Below, one piece after another: positions 1-13,881 of a stretch of 64,000 nt of DNA; the stretch's first letter is position 1, and each line of letters starts with the position of its first letter. The notes below the pieces were generated by a model. The model had not been told where the DNA came from, ran no database searches, and saw only the letters and a list, made by a program, of their open reading frames with translations. The position numbers and the translations under genes are program-made. The stretch is from Vicinamibacterales bacterium (GTDB taxonomy: Bacteria > Acidobacteriota > Vicinamibacteria > Vicinamibacterales > UBA8438). The stretch is taken from contig CBDEVO010000003.1 in assembly GCA_965243615.1 (NCBI GenBank), positions 3,674,471-3,738,470 on the forward strand, written 5' to 3'.

Positions 1-1
1 C

Positions 2-640
2 GTCACCGACGCGGCGCGGGGGGCGCACGGCATCTCCGCCTTCATCGTCGAGCGCGGCGCGCCCGGCCTGGCCCCGGGCCGCAAGGAGAACAAGCTCGGC
101 ATGCGCGCCAGCGACACCGCCGGGCTGTCGTTCGACGACTGCTTCGTGCCGACGGACCAGTTGCTCGGCGAGGCCGGACGCGGGTTCATCGACGCCATGC
201 GGGTCCTCGACGCCGGCCGCATCGGCATCGCCGCCCTCGCCGTGGGTCTGGCCCAGGGCGCCTACGAGGCGGCGCGGCGTCACGCCGTCCAGCGCGAGCA
301 GTTCGGGCACGCCATCGCGTCGTTCCAGGCGATACAGTTCAAGCTGGCGGACATGGCCACGCGGATCGAGGCGGCGCGCTGGCTCACCTACCGCGCCGCG
401 TGGCTGAAGGACGGCGGCGCCGCCACCACCCGCGAGTCGGCGATGGCCAAGCTGTTCGCGAGCGAGGCGGCGGTCCGGGTGGCCGAGGAGGGCGTGCAGA
501 TTCACGGCGGCTACGGCTTCGTCAAGGACTACCCGGCCGAGAAGTTCTTCCGCGACGTGAAGCTGACCACCATCGGCGAGGGCACCAGCGAGATCCAGCG
601 TCTCATCATCGCCAGGCAGTACCTGGACGCCGGGCCATGA
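2..640 (+). CDS. Acyl-CoA dehydrogenase, C-terminal portion (5' end upstream of window)
   Basis: Frame open from window edge. Translation (..[69 protein letters not shown]) matches conserved ACAD middle/C-terminal domains. Confidence 0.9.
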   Translation, partial: VTDAARGAHGISAFIVERGAPGLAPGRKENKLGMRASDTAGLSFDDCFVPTDQLLGEAGRGFIDAMRVLDAGRIGIAALAVGLAQGAYEAARRHAVQREQFGHAIASFQAIQFKLADMATRIEAARWLTYRAAWLKDGGAATTRESAMAKLFASEAAVRVAEEGVQIHGGYGFVKDYPAEKFFRDVKLTTIGEGTSEIQRLIIARQYLDAGP

Positions 641-1638
641 CGGCGGACGCTCGCGAGCTCGCGGCCGGGGTGACGGCGGGCGACCGGAGGGCGGTCGCCC
701 GCGCCATCTCCCGCGTGGAGGCCGAAGGCCCGGCGGCCGCGGCGATGGTGCGCGCGGTCCATGCGCGGACGGGCCGGGGATACCTGGTCGGGGTGACGGG
801 CGCGCCCGGGGTCGGGAAAAGCACCCTGGTCGACCGCCTGACCGCGGTCCTGCGCGCCCGGGGGCGGACGGTGGGGATCCTCGCCGTCGATCCGAGCAGC
901 CCGTTCACCGGCGGCGCGCTGCTGGGGGACCGCGTGCGGATGCAGGCCCACGCCGGTGACGACGGCGTCTTCGTGCGGAGCATGGCGAGCCGGGGCCGGC
1001 TCGGCGGGCTGTCGCGGGCCACCGCGGACGCGGCCCTGGTCCTGGACGCGGCGGGGTTCGACGTCGTCGTCATCGAGACGGTGGGGGTGGGGCAGGCGGA
1101 GGTCGAGATCTCGCGGGCCGCCGACGTCACGCTGGTGGTGACGATGCCCGGCGGCGGCGACGGCGTGCAGGCCCTGAAGGCGGGGGTGATGGAGATCGCG
1201 GACGTGTTCGTGGTCAACAAGGCCGATCACGCCGGGGCGGACCGCGCGGCGGCGGAGATTGAGGCGGTGCTGCGCCTGAACGAGTACGGCCCCGGCGACT
1301 GGCGGCCGCCGGTGCTGCGCACCCGCGCCACCGAGGGGCGCGGGGTCGAGGGGGTCGTCGAGGCGGTGGAGCGGTTTCGGGCGCGGGGCGGGGACGGTGC
1401 GGAAGAGCGGCGCCGGGCGCGGGTGAGGGCCCGGGTCCGGGAGCTGGCCTCGCGGCGTTTCCTCGAGCACGCCGAGCAGCGGGCGCTCGGGCCGGGCGGC
1501 TTCGACCGGTTCGTCGATGAGGTGGCCGACACGGTGATGGATCCGTACACGGCGGCCGAGCGCATACTGGATCTGGCCGTCCGCGGGACCGCTTCCGCCG
1601 ACGCAGCCGGGTCGGGTTCGAGACTGGAGGTCGGATGA
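637..1638 (+). CDS. meaB: MeaB/ArgK-type G3E GTPase (methylmalonyl-CoA mutase accessory protein family)
   Basis: Walker [16 protein letters not shown], NKxD motif (VVNKADH). ATG 637 overlaps the ACAD stop (ATGA). The track's earlier start at 400 is an out-of-frame overlap with the ACAD gene. Confidence 0.85.
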   Translation: MTADARELAAGVTAGDRRAVARAISRVEAEGPAAAAMVRAVHARTGRGYLVGVTGAPGVGKSTLVDRLTAVLRARGRTVGILAVDPSSPFTGGALLGDRVRMQAHAGDDGVFVRSMASRGRLGGLSRATADAALVLDAAGFDVVVIETVGVGQAEVEISRAADVTLVVTMPGGGDGVQALKAGVMEIADVFVVNKADHAGADRAAAEIEAVLRLNEYGPGDWRPPVLRTRATEGRGVEGVVEAVERFRARGGDGAEERRRARVRARVRELASRRFLEHAEQRALGPGGFDRFVDEVADTVMDPYTAAERILDLAVRGTASADAAGSGSRLEVG

Positions 1639-2042
1639 AGGCGACGCTGGATCACATCGGTATCGCGGTCCGCGACCTGGGCGCAGCGTTGGCCTTCTAC
1701 CGGGATGCGCTGGGGCTCGATGTGGGCGAGGCCGAGGAAGTGCCGTCCGAGCGCGTCCGCGCGCAGTTCCTGCCCCTCGGCGATACCGCGCTCGAGCTGC
1801 TGGAGGCGACCGACGAGGGCTCGGCCATCGCCCGGTCCATCGAGCGCCGCGGTCCCGGCATCCACCACATCACCCTGCGGGTGGCGGACCTCGCGGCAAC
1901 CCTGGCCGGGCTCCGCGAGCGGGGGGTCAGGCTGGTCGACGAGCATCCGCGGCCCGGGGCCGGCGGCAGCCGCGTGGCCTTCATCCATCCGTCGGCGGCC
2001 CAGGGCGTGCTCATCGAGCTCAAGGAAGATCCCGGCCGGTGA
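1635..2042 (+). CDS. mce: Methylmalonyl-CoA epimerase (VOC/glyoxalase fold)
   Basis: [50 protein letters not shown]; start overlaps meaB stop (ATGA); context next to MeaB. Confidence 0.8.
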   Translation: MKATLDHIGIAVRDLGAALAFYRDALGLDVGEAEEVPSERVRAQFLPLGDTALELLEATDEGSAIARSIERRGPGIHHITLRVADLAATLAGLRERGVRLVDEHPRPGAGGSRVAFIHPSAAQGVLIELKEDPGR

Positions 2043-2112
2043 GGCAGCCGGCGCCCGGGGAGCGGGGACGTCCCGCCGGCGCCGCGCCGGCCGTGAGGGG
2101 AGAAGCGTGGAC

Positions 2113-2982
<870 letters not shown>

Positions 2983-3015
2983 GCGACGCATCCGCGCCGG
3001 AGGAGTGTCCAGTTC

Positions 3016-3927
3016 GTGCATCCGATAGTGACCGTCGGGTCCGTCGCGTTCGATTCCGTGAAGACGCCGTTCGGAGACGCGTCCCGGGTCGTCGGCGGGG
3101 CGGCCACCTACTTCGCCGTCGCCGCGTCCTTCTTCACCGACGTGAGGCTCGTGGCGGTGGTGGGCGAGGACTTCGCCGACGAGCAGATGCGGACCTTCGC
3201 GGGGCGGCGCATCGACCTCGCGGGGCTGCAGCGGGTGCCCGGCGAGACGTTCCGCTGGAAGGGCGAGTACGGCTTCGACCTCAACACCCGCGAGACGATC
3301 TACACGCGGCTGAACGTGTTCGAGCGGTTTCGCCCGATCCTGCCCGACGAGTACCGGTCCACGCCGTTCGTCTTCCTCGCCAACATCCATCCGGCGCTGC
3401 AGACCGAGGTGCTGACGCAGGTCGAACGCCCGCGGTTCGTGGCCGCCGACACCATGAACTACTGGATCGAGGGGACGCCGGAGGAGCTGCGGGCGGTGCT
3501 GCGGCGGATCGACGCCCTGGTGATCAACGACGAGGAGGCGCGCGAGCTCTCCGGCGAGTCGAACCTCGTCAAGGCGGCACGGGCCATTCAGGAGATGGGA
3601 CCCCGGCTCGTCGTGATCAAGCGCGGGGAGCACGGGGTGCTGATGACGCGCGGCGAGGGCTTCTTCGCCGCGCCGGGCATGCCCCTCGACACCGTGAAGG
3701 ACCCGACGGGGGCCGGCGACACCTTCGCGGGCGGGTTCATGGGCTACCTGGCGTCGGCCCGCGAGATCGGCGACGACGTGCTGACCCGGGCCGCCATCGC
3801 CGGCAGCGCCCTCGCCTCGCTGGCCGTCGAGGACTTCGGGCTCGACGGCCTGGTGAGGGCGTCCCAGAAGACCATCAACCGGCGGTTCCAGGCGTTCAAG
3901 CGGCTGACCGACTTCGAGGCGTTGTGA
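3016..3927 (+). CDS. PfkB-family carbohydrate/nucleoside kinase
   Basis: GTG start after GGAGG; GGAATYFAVAAS.., C-terminal DPTGAGDTFAGGF (PfkB signature 2). Confidence 0.75.
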   Translation: MHPIVTVGSVAFDSVKTPFGDASRVVGGAATYFAVAASFFTDVRLVAVVGEDFADEQMRTFAGRRIDLAGLQRVPGETFRWKGEYGFDLNTRETIYTRLNVFERFRPILPDEYRSTPFVFLANIHPALQTEVLTQVERPRFVAADTMNYWIEGTPEELRAVLRRIDALVINDEEARELSGESNLVKAARAIQEMGPRLVVIKRGEHGVLMTRGEGFFAAPGMPLDTVKDPTGAGDTFAGGFMGYLASAREIGDDVLTRAAIAGSALASLAVEDFGLDGLVRASQKTINRRFQAFKRLTDFEAL

Positions 3928-3938
3928 AGGAGCGGACC

Positions 3939-4505
3939 ATGCGGGGTTGGATGGGCGGTGCGTTCACGGCGGTCACGCTGGGCTGGCTGCTCGTGGTCCT
4001 GCTGGCGCCGGTGGCGCTGGCCCACGACATCGGGGGGCGGGCGGTGACGTTGGCTTCGGCGGGCGCCTACCTGCTCGGCGGGGTCGTCTGTCACCAGCTT
4101 CCGGATCGGTCCTTCCATCCCGCGGGCGTGCAGATGCCGGTGTGCGCGCGGTGCGCCGGGCTGTACTTCGGCGCGGGGCTGGGGGTGCTCGCGGCGGCCG
4201 CGTTCCGGCGCCGGGGCGGCGGGGCGGCGGGACGGCCCGGGCGCCGGCAGGGCTGGACCGGGGGCGGTGGAGCGGCGCTTCCCTTCGCGGCGGGAGGCGG
4301 CCAGGGGTGCGGGGCGGCCAACCGGGCGCCCGCGTGGCTGCGGTGGGCGGTGCTGGCGGCGGCGGCGCCGACCGGGATCACGTTCGCGGCGGAGATGGTC
4401 GGCTGGATGCCGTCGATCGGGGAGCTGCGGGCGGCGGCGGGAGTGCCGTTGGGAGTGGCGGTGACATGGGTCGCAGGTCTCGTGATTCGCGGCGAGCTCG
4501 GGTAG
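3939..4505 (+). CDS. DUF2085-type integral membrane protein
   Basis: VCHQLPDRSFHP..MPVCARCAGLYFG motif plus several hydrophobic segments. Only the last 189 codons of track ORF 2361..4505 look coding. Confidence 0.65.
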   Translation: MRGWMGGAFTAVTLGWLLVVLLAPVALAHDIGGRAVTLASAGAYLLGGVVCHQLPDRSFHPAGVQMPVCARCAGLYFGAGLGVLAAAAFRRRGGGAAGRPGRRQGWTGGGGAALPFAAGGGQGCGAANRAPAWLRWAVLAAAAPTGITFAAEMVGWMPSIGELRAAAGVPLGVAVTWVAGLVIRGELG

Positions 4506-4915
4506 CCCCGGCGGCCCCGGCGGCCGAGTCGGGTCCGGATCGGAACCGGGCGCTGGCGGCGGCGGCGATCGGCTGGGTCGTCCCGGGGGGCGGTCACCTG
4601 TGGCTGGCGCGCCGTCAGAAAGGCTTGGTGTTCCTGGTCGCCATCCCCCTGATGTTCGCCATCGGGCTGGGATTCGGCGGTCGGCTGTTTCCGTTCGACT
4701 CCGGCCAGCCCCTGGTGCTGCTCGCCGCGTTCGCCGATCTCGGCAACGGCCTGCCCTATCTCATCGCCCGCGCGGCCGGGCTGGGCGAGGGCCGCGTCGT
4801 CGCCGAGTCGTTCGAGTACGGCAACACGTTCATCATCGTCTCCGGCCTCCTGAACATGCTGATCGCCCTCGACGCCTACGACGTGGCGCTGGGCCGGCGG
4901 CAGGGAGCGCCGTGA
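4466..4915 (+). CDS. Hypothetical membrane protein
   Basis: Hydrophobic helices (GLVFLVAIPLMFAIGLGFGG, TFIIVSGLLNMLIALDAY). ATG 4466 is the only canonical start in frame; the start overlaps the previous gene by about 40 nt, so it is uncertain. Confidence 0.45.
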   Translation: MGRRSRDSRRARVAPAAPAAESGPDRNRALAAAAIGWVVPGGGHLWLARRQKGLVFLVAIPLMFAIGLGFGGRLFPFDSGQPLVLLAAFADLGNGLPYLIARAAGLGEGRVVAESFEYGNTFIIVSGLLNMLIALDAYDVALGRRQGAP

Positions 4916-5015
4916 CCGGCGCCTCCCGGCGGGGCGCCGATTCCTGATAGGCTTGATTCGGCGGCACCGGCGCCGGAGAACGGGGCCGGCGGCGAAGATT
5001 CGCGGGCTGAGGAAG

Positions 5016-5189
5016 ATGTCGAGCCATCTGCTGGTGATGATGTTGTTCGCGGCGTTCGTGTCGCTGATCTTCGCGGTCCTGATGACGGACCAGCCGGCCG
5101 ATCAGATCAAGCTCGGCGGCCGGTTGTTCGCCGGCTTCGTCGGCGCCGCCCTCGTGCTGGGCTGGATCCTGTTTCCCTTCCCCCTGTGA
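5016..5189 (+). CDS. Small hypothetical membrane protein (57 aa)
   Basis: ATG 5016 preceded by GAGGAAG; two predicted TM stretches (LLVMMLFAAFVSLIFAVLM; FAGFVGAALVLGWILFPF). Confidence 0.35.
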   Translation: MSSHLLVMMLFAAFVSLIFAVLMTDQPADQIKLGGRLFAGFVGAALVLGWILFPFPL

Positions 5190-5611
5190 CCCGCCGCCCG
5201 GATACGATGGCTCCCAGGCCCCGGGGCGGAGTACGGTCGCTGATTGCGGTCTGGGGTCCCGTGTGGGCGGCCATGGCGCTGATCTTCGCCGCGTCGGGGT
5301 TGTCCTCGTTGCCGTCGGCGGCGCGTGCGCTCGACGACGGCGTCTGGCACGGGCTGGGTTACGGCTTTCTCGCGGCGCTGCTGCTCCGCGCCCTCGCGGC
5401 GGCGCGCTGGGAGGCGGTGACGGGACGGACCGCCCTGCTCGCGGCGGCCCTGGCGACCCTGTACGGCGCGACCGACGAGCTGCATCAGTGGTTCGTGCCG
5501 GGACGCGCCGCGCAATGGTCGGACCTGGTCGCCGACGCCACCGGCGCCGCGATGGTCTGCGGCGCCGCGTGGATGTGGCGGGCGCGGGTGCGGCAGAGGT
5601 CCGCGCCGTAG
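5186..5611 (+). CDS. VanZ-like family membrane protein
   Basis: H.LGYGFLA.LL, YGATDELHQWFVPGRAAQWSDLVADATGA are VanZ-like motifs; start overlaps the previous stop. Confidence 0.6.
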   Translation: MTRRPDTMAPRPRGGVRSLIAVWGPVWAAMALIFAASGLSSLPSAARALDDGVWHGLGYGFLAALLLRALAAARWEAVTGRTALLAAALATLYGATDELHQWFVPGRAAQWSDLVADATGAAMVCGAAWMWRARVRQRSAP

Positions 5612-5636
5612 AACGGAGCGGAGCGGAAGGGACTTG

Positions 5637-6419
5637 ATGAACGACGACCCGATCCTGATCGAACGGACCGGGGCGGTGGCCACCGTCACCGTCAACCGGC
5701 CGAAAGTGCTCAATGCCCTGAACTCGCACACGGTCGGGGCGATGACCTCGGTCTTCGCCGATCTCCGGAACGACGAGGACGTGCGGGCCGTGGTCCTGAC
5801 CGGCGCCGGGGATCGCGCGTTCATTGCCGGGGCCGACATCGGCGAGCTCGCGCGCCTGACGCCGCAGACGGCGCGCGACCTCACCGATGCCGGGCACCGG
5901 ATGTGCGACCTCATCGAGGGTTTCGGCAAGCCGGTCGTCGCCGCCGTCAACGGCTATGCGCTCGGCGGCGGGTGCGAGGTCGCGATGGCCTGCACGTGCC
6001 GGGTCGCCGCGAGGACCGCCAGGCTGGGACTGCCCGAGATCACCCTGGGGATCATCCCCGGCTACGGGGGCACCCAGAGGCTCCCGCGCCTGGTGGGGCG
6101 GGGACGGGCGCTCGAGATGATGCTGACCGGCGCGCCGGTCACCGCGGAGGAGGCCTGGCGCATCGGGCTCGTGAACCGGGTCGTCGAGCCGGAGGCCCTG
6201 GCGGGGGAGGCCCTCGGCCTGGCGACCGCCATCGCGGCGCAGGCGCCGGAGGCGGTGCGGCGCATCATCGACGTGGTCAACCACGGCCTCGACGTGTCGA
6301 TGAGCGACGCCACCGCGCTCGAGGCGACCGCCTTCGGACTCCTCTGGGCGACCGACGACGCGCGCGAGGGCACGACCGCGTTCCTCGAGAAACGGAAGGC
6401 GAGGTTCACGGGCCGGTGA
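5637..6419 (+). CDS. Enoyl-CoA hydratase/isomerase (crotonase family)
   Basis: VTVNRPKVLNAL.., VVLTGAGDRAFIAGADI, AAVNGYALGGGCEVAMAC, GIIPGYGGTQRLPRLVG. ATG 5637 preferred to TTG 5634. Confidence 0.85.
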   Translation: MNDDPILIERTGAVATVTVNRPKVLNALNSHTVGAMTSVFADLRNDEDVRAVVLTGAGDRAFIAGADIGELARLTPQTARDLTDAGHRMCDLIEGFGKPVVAAVNGYALGGGCEVAMACTCRVAARTARLGLPEITLGIIPGYGGTQRLPRLVGRGRALEMMLTGAPVTAEEAWRIGLVNRVVEPEALAGEALGLATAIAAQAPEAVRRIIDVVNHGLDVSMSDATALEATAFGLLWATDDAREGTTAFLEKRKARFTGR

Positions 6420-6913
6420 GCACGCAGACCTCGGCCGGGAGCGGGGCGACCGCCGGCGTCCGGGTCGGCCTCGTCGTGTCGCGCTACAACGACTTCGTCA
6501 CCAACCGCCTGCGGGACGGCGCGATGGAGGCGTTGCGGGCGGGCGGCGTGGGTGAGGAGGCGATCGTGGTGGCGCCCGTGCCGGGGGCGTTCGAGGTGCC
6601 GCAGGCGGCGCGTCGGCTCGCGGCCGCCGGCGGCGTGGACGCGGTGGTCGGCCTCGGTTGCCTGATCCGGGGCGAGACGCCGCACTTCGAGGTGATTGCC
6701 TCGGCCGTCGCCCACGGTCTGACGCGGGCGGCGCTGGACAGCGGAGTACCGATGACGTTCGGGGTGCTGACGACCAACTCGGCGGAAGAGGCGCTGGCCC
6801 GGGCCGGGGCCGGCCCGTCGAACAAGGGGTGGGAGGCGGCGGACGCCGCCCTGGCGATGGTGCGTCTCTTCCGGCAACCGGGGCCGGCCGGCAGGCGGGG
6901 GCGCCCGGCGTGA
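6416..6913 (+). CDS. ribH: 6,7-dimethyl-8-ribityllumazine synthase
   Basis: VGLVVSRYNDFVTNRL..VPGAFEVP..VVGLGCLIRGETPHFEVI...GVLTT. GTG 6416 overlaps the upstream stop (GTGA). Confidence 0.9.
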   Translation: MSTQTSAGSGATAGVRVGLVVSRYNDFVTNRLRDGAMEALRAGGVGEEAIVVAPVPGAFEVPQAARRLAAAGGVDAVVGLGCLIRGETPHFEVIASAVAHGLTRAALDSGVPMTFGVLTTNSAEEALARAGAGPSNKGWEAADAALAMVRLFRQPGPAGRRGRPA

Positions 6914-7370
6914 GGGTGGCCGGATCCGACCCCGCGGGCCGTCACCAGGGACGGGTGGCGGCCCTGCAGTTGCTGTATCAGCGCGAGGTCGGCGGGGTCG
7001 AGGGACCGCGGTTCGACCGCGCGGTCGGCTTCTACTGGCGCGAGCATCCGGCGGCGGACGGTCCCCGGGAGTTCGCGGACCGTTTGCTCCGGGGCACCGT
7101 GAACGCGCTGGAGCGGATCGACCCCCTCATCGAGTCGGCCGCCGACAACTGGCGGCTGTCGCGCATGGCGGTGATCGACCGGCTCGTCCTCCGGCTGGCG
7201 GTGTACGAGCTGCTCGCGGCCGAGACCCCCGCCGCCGTGGTGATCGACGAGGCGATCGAGCTGGCCCGGACGTTCAGCGACGAGCCGTCGCCGCGCTTCG
7301 TGAACGGCGTGCTCGACGCGGTCCGGCACCGGCTCCACGGGGACCGGGGCGAGGCCGGGCCTCCGACGAC

Positions 7371-7374
<4 letters not shown>
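6910..7374 (+). CDS. nusB: Transcription antitermination factor NusB
   Basis: RVAALQLLYQ.., W.L.RMAVIDRLVLRLAVYELL....P..VVIDEAIELAR.F....SPRFVNGVLD; canonical ribH-nusB order. Confidence 0.85.
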
Positions 7375-8987
<1,613 letters not shown>

Positions 8988-9024
8988 AGGGAGGCGGACC
9001 CGCCGCCGGCGTCCGCGAGACCGC

Positions 9025-10263
9025 ATGACCCTGCCCTTCGAGCTCTACGTCGCGACCCGCTACCTGCTGGCCAAGCGCCGCCAGGCGTTCATCTCGGTGA
9101 TCTCCGCCGTCTCCGCGCTGGGGGTGACGGTGGGGGTCATGGCCCTGGTCATCGCCCTCGCCCTGATGACCGGCATGCAGCGGGAGCTGCGCGACCGCAT
9201 CGTCGGGTCGGACGCCCACGTCTACGTGTACAAGGTGCTCGGCGGGGGCTTTGTCGATCGCGAGGCGGAGCTCGCGAAGCTCGCGACGGTCCCCGGCGTC
9301 GTCGCCGCGGCCCCGGCGACCCTCGGGTACGGGATGGCGACGGCGCACGGGGTCGACGCGTTCATCACCCTCAAGGGGGTGGACCCGGTGCTCGAGGCGC
9401 AGGTCACCGAGGTCGCCGGGTCGATCGTCGGGGGCAGCTTCACGGCGCTGTCCGAGCCGCGGGACGGCGCCGTGGGCGGCGTGGTCATCGGCGACGATCT
9501 GTCGCGCTCGCTCCGCGCGTCGGTCGGCGACACCATCTCGGTGCTGACGCCGCAGGGGGCGACGCTGACGCCCTGGGGGCCGGTGCCGCGCCCGCGGCGC
9601 CTCGAGGTGGTCGGCATCTTCAGCCTCGGGCTGCGGGAGTACGACAGCGCCTACGGTTTCGTGAGCCTGGACGTGGCCGGCCGCCTGTTCAACCGGGACC
9701 GGGTCGACATGATGGAGCTGCGCGTCGAGGATCTCGACGAAGCCCCGGACGTCGCGAACGCCGTCACCGAGACCCTGGGGGCCGAGTACTTCGCCCAGGA
9801 CTGGGGTCAGCGCAACCAGGCGCTGTTCTCGGCCCTGTGGCTCGAGAAGATGGCCATCGGCATCACCATCGGGCTCATCATGATGGTTGCGGCCCTCAAC
9901 ATCGTGGCGTCGCTGGTGCTCCTGGTCATGGAGAAGAGCCGGGACATCGCCATTCTCAAGACGATGGGGGCGACGTCGCGCAGCATACGGACCGTCTTCG
10001 TGCTGCAGGGCGGGATAATCGGGGTGGTCGGGACCGGCGTCGGGGCCGCGTGCGGGGTCGCGCTGTCCTGGTTCGCCGACCGGTACCAGTGGATCCGGGT
10101 GCCGTCGTCGGTGTACGACATGGGGTGGGTGCCGTTCCGGGTCGAGCCGGGCAACTTCCTGCTCGTCGTGCTGGGCTCGCTCGCGGTGTGCCTGCTCGCC
10201 ACCCTGTATCCGTCCCGCCAGGCATCGCGGCTCGATCCGGCCGAGGCCCTCCGGTACGAATAG
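9025..10263 (+). CDS. Lipoprotein-release LolC/LolE-type permease (FtsX/MacB-like)
   Basis: N-terminal TM, large periplasmic domain, C-terminal FtsX-like helices (ILKTMGAT...I..F..QG..IG..G), ending LYPSRQASRLDPAEALRYE. Confidence 0.8.
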   Translation: MTLPFELYVATRYLLAKRRQAFISVISAVSALGVTVGVMALVIALALMTGMQRELRDRIVGSDAHVYVYKVLGGGFVDREAELAKLATVPGVVAAAPATLGYGMATAHGVDAFITLKGVDPVLEAQVTEVAGSIVGGSFTALSEPRDGAVGGVVIGDDLSRSLRASVGDTISVLTPQGATLTPWGPVPRPRRLEVVGIFSLGLREYDSAYGFVSLDVAGRLFNRDRVDMMELRVEDLDEAPDVANAVTETLGAEYFAQDWGQRNQALFSALWLEKMAIGITIGLIMMVAALNIVASLVLLVMEKSRDIAILKTMGATSRSIRTVFVLQGGIIGVVGTGVGAACGVALSWFADRYQWIRVPSSVYDMGWVPFRVEPGNFLLVVLGSLAVCLLATLYPSRQASRLDPAEALRYE

Positions 10264-10279
10264 GGAGCCCGCGCCGTTC

Positions 10280-10954
10280 ATGGCCTTTCTCGACGTTCGC
10301 GCCCTCTCGAAGTCCTACGTCGTGGGCGAGCGGCGGCTCTCGGTCCTGCGCGACCTGGAGCTGGCCGTCGACGAGGGCGAGATGATCGCGGTCGTCGGCG
10401 CCTCCGGGGTCGGGAAGAGCACGCTGCTGCACTGCGTGGGCGGGCTCGACGCCATCGACGGGGGCCGCATCACGATCGCGGGGACGGAGCTGTCCGCCGC
10501 CGGCGACGACGCGCGGGTCGCGTTCCGGAACCGGCACGTCGGGTTCGTCTTCCAGTTCCACCACCTGCTGCCGGAGTTCAGCGCCGTCGAGAACGTGGCG
10601 ATGCCGCTGCGCATCGCGAGGGCGGCGCGGGGGGAGGCGCACCGCCGGGCCGAGGCGCTGCTGCGCGAGGTGGGGCTCGGCGAGCGGCTGACCCACCGTC
10701 CGGGCATGCTCTCGGGCGGCGAGCAGCAGCGCGCGGCGGTGGCCCGCGCGCTGGTGATGCAGCCGGCCCTGCTGCTGGCCGACGAGCCCACCGGCGACCT
10801 CGACGAGCAGACCGGCCGCGACCTCCACGCGCTGCTGCGGTGCCTCCACGAGGCGCGGCGGCTCACGTCGCTCATCGCCACCCACAACTTGCAGCTCGCG
10901 GCGGCGTGCGACCGCGTGCTCCGCCTCGAGGACGGCCGCCTGCGACCGGCCTGA
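10280..10954 (+). CDS. lolD: Lipoprotein-release ABC transporter ATP-binding protein
   Basis: Walker A GASGVGKST, signature LSGGEQQR, Walker B LLLADEPTG, H-loop ATHN; follows the LolC/E-like permease. Confidence 0.8.
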   Translation: MAFLDVRALSKSYVVGERRLSVLRDLELAVDEGEMIAVVGASGVGKSTLLHCVGGLDAIDGGRITIAGTELSAAGDDARVAFRNRHVGFVFQFHHLLPEFSAVENVAMPLRIARAARGEAHRRAEALLREVGLGERLTHRPGMLSGGEQQRAAVARALVMQPALLLADEPTGDLDEQTGRDLHALLRCLHEARRLTSLIATHNLQLAAACDRVLRLEDGRLRPA

Positions 10955-11058
10955 GGGCCGGTGGTCCCATTCCGGGCAGTATCGGTCGACGAGCGGTCGG
11001 CGGCGGCCGGACGCCCCCTCGGACACCCGGCAGGCCATCGCCAACCCGCGACAGGTGC

Positions 11059-11086
11059 TTGCGGGTCGACCCGAGGGACTTATAAT
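11059..11086 (+). promoter_or_regulatory. Candidate sigma70-type promoter for clpC (TTGCGG-16 nt-TATAAT)
   Basis: TTGCGG at 11059-11064 and a perfect TATAAT at 11081-11086 in a very GC-rich 350-nt intergenic region. This would give a leader of about 210 nt. Confidence 0.4.
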
Positions 11087-11302
11087 GGCTGAATCGCCTT
11101 CGTGCGGCCTCGCCAGCTTCCCGCAGTGTCGATGCCGCCGTTGTCGCGATGGGACGGGAGTCGGCGCCGTGGAACCGGTGCGGACCCCTGGAGGGTTGGT
11201 TGGGCGTCAGTCCCGGCGCCGCGGGAGTTTCGCGCCGGCGAAGCTCCCAACGCGACCGCGAGGTCGCGCGGCGGCGGCGATTGGCGGACCAGGGGTCGAC
11301 CG

Positions 11303-13747
<2,445 letters not shown>

Positions 13748-13785
13748 ACGATCCAGGGCGGTCGGGCGGTGGGCGGAGGGTGCAG

Positions 13786-13803
13786 CGCGACCTTGCGGTC
13801 GCG
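13786..13803 (+). terminator. Possible stem-loop terminator after clpC
   Basis: CGCGACC-TTGC-GGTCGCG, 39 nt after the clpC stop, followed by TTCGG; no real U-tract. Confidence 0.3.
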
Positions 13804-13881
13804 TTCGGCGACGATTGGCGGGCCGGGGGCGGCGGTCGGCTCGCCCCGGTCGACGAGGGACGGGGACGGACGGGAAAGACC

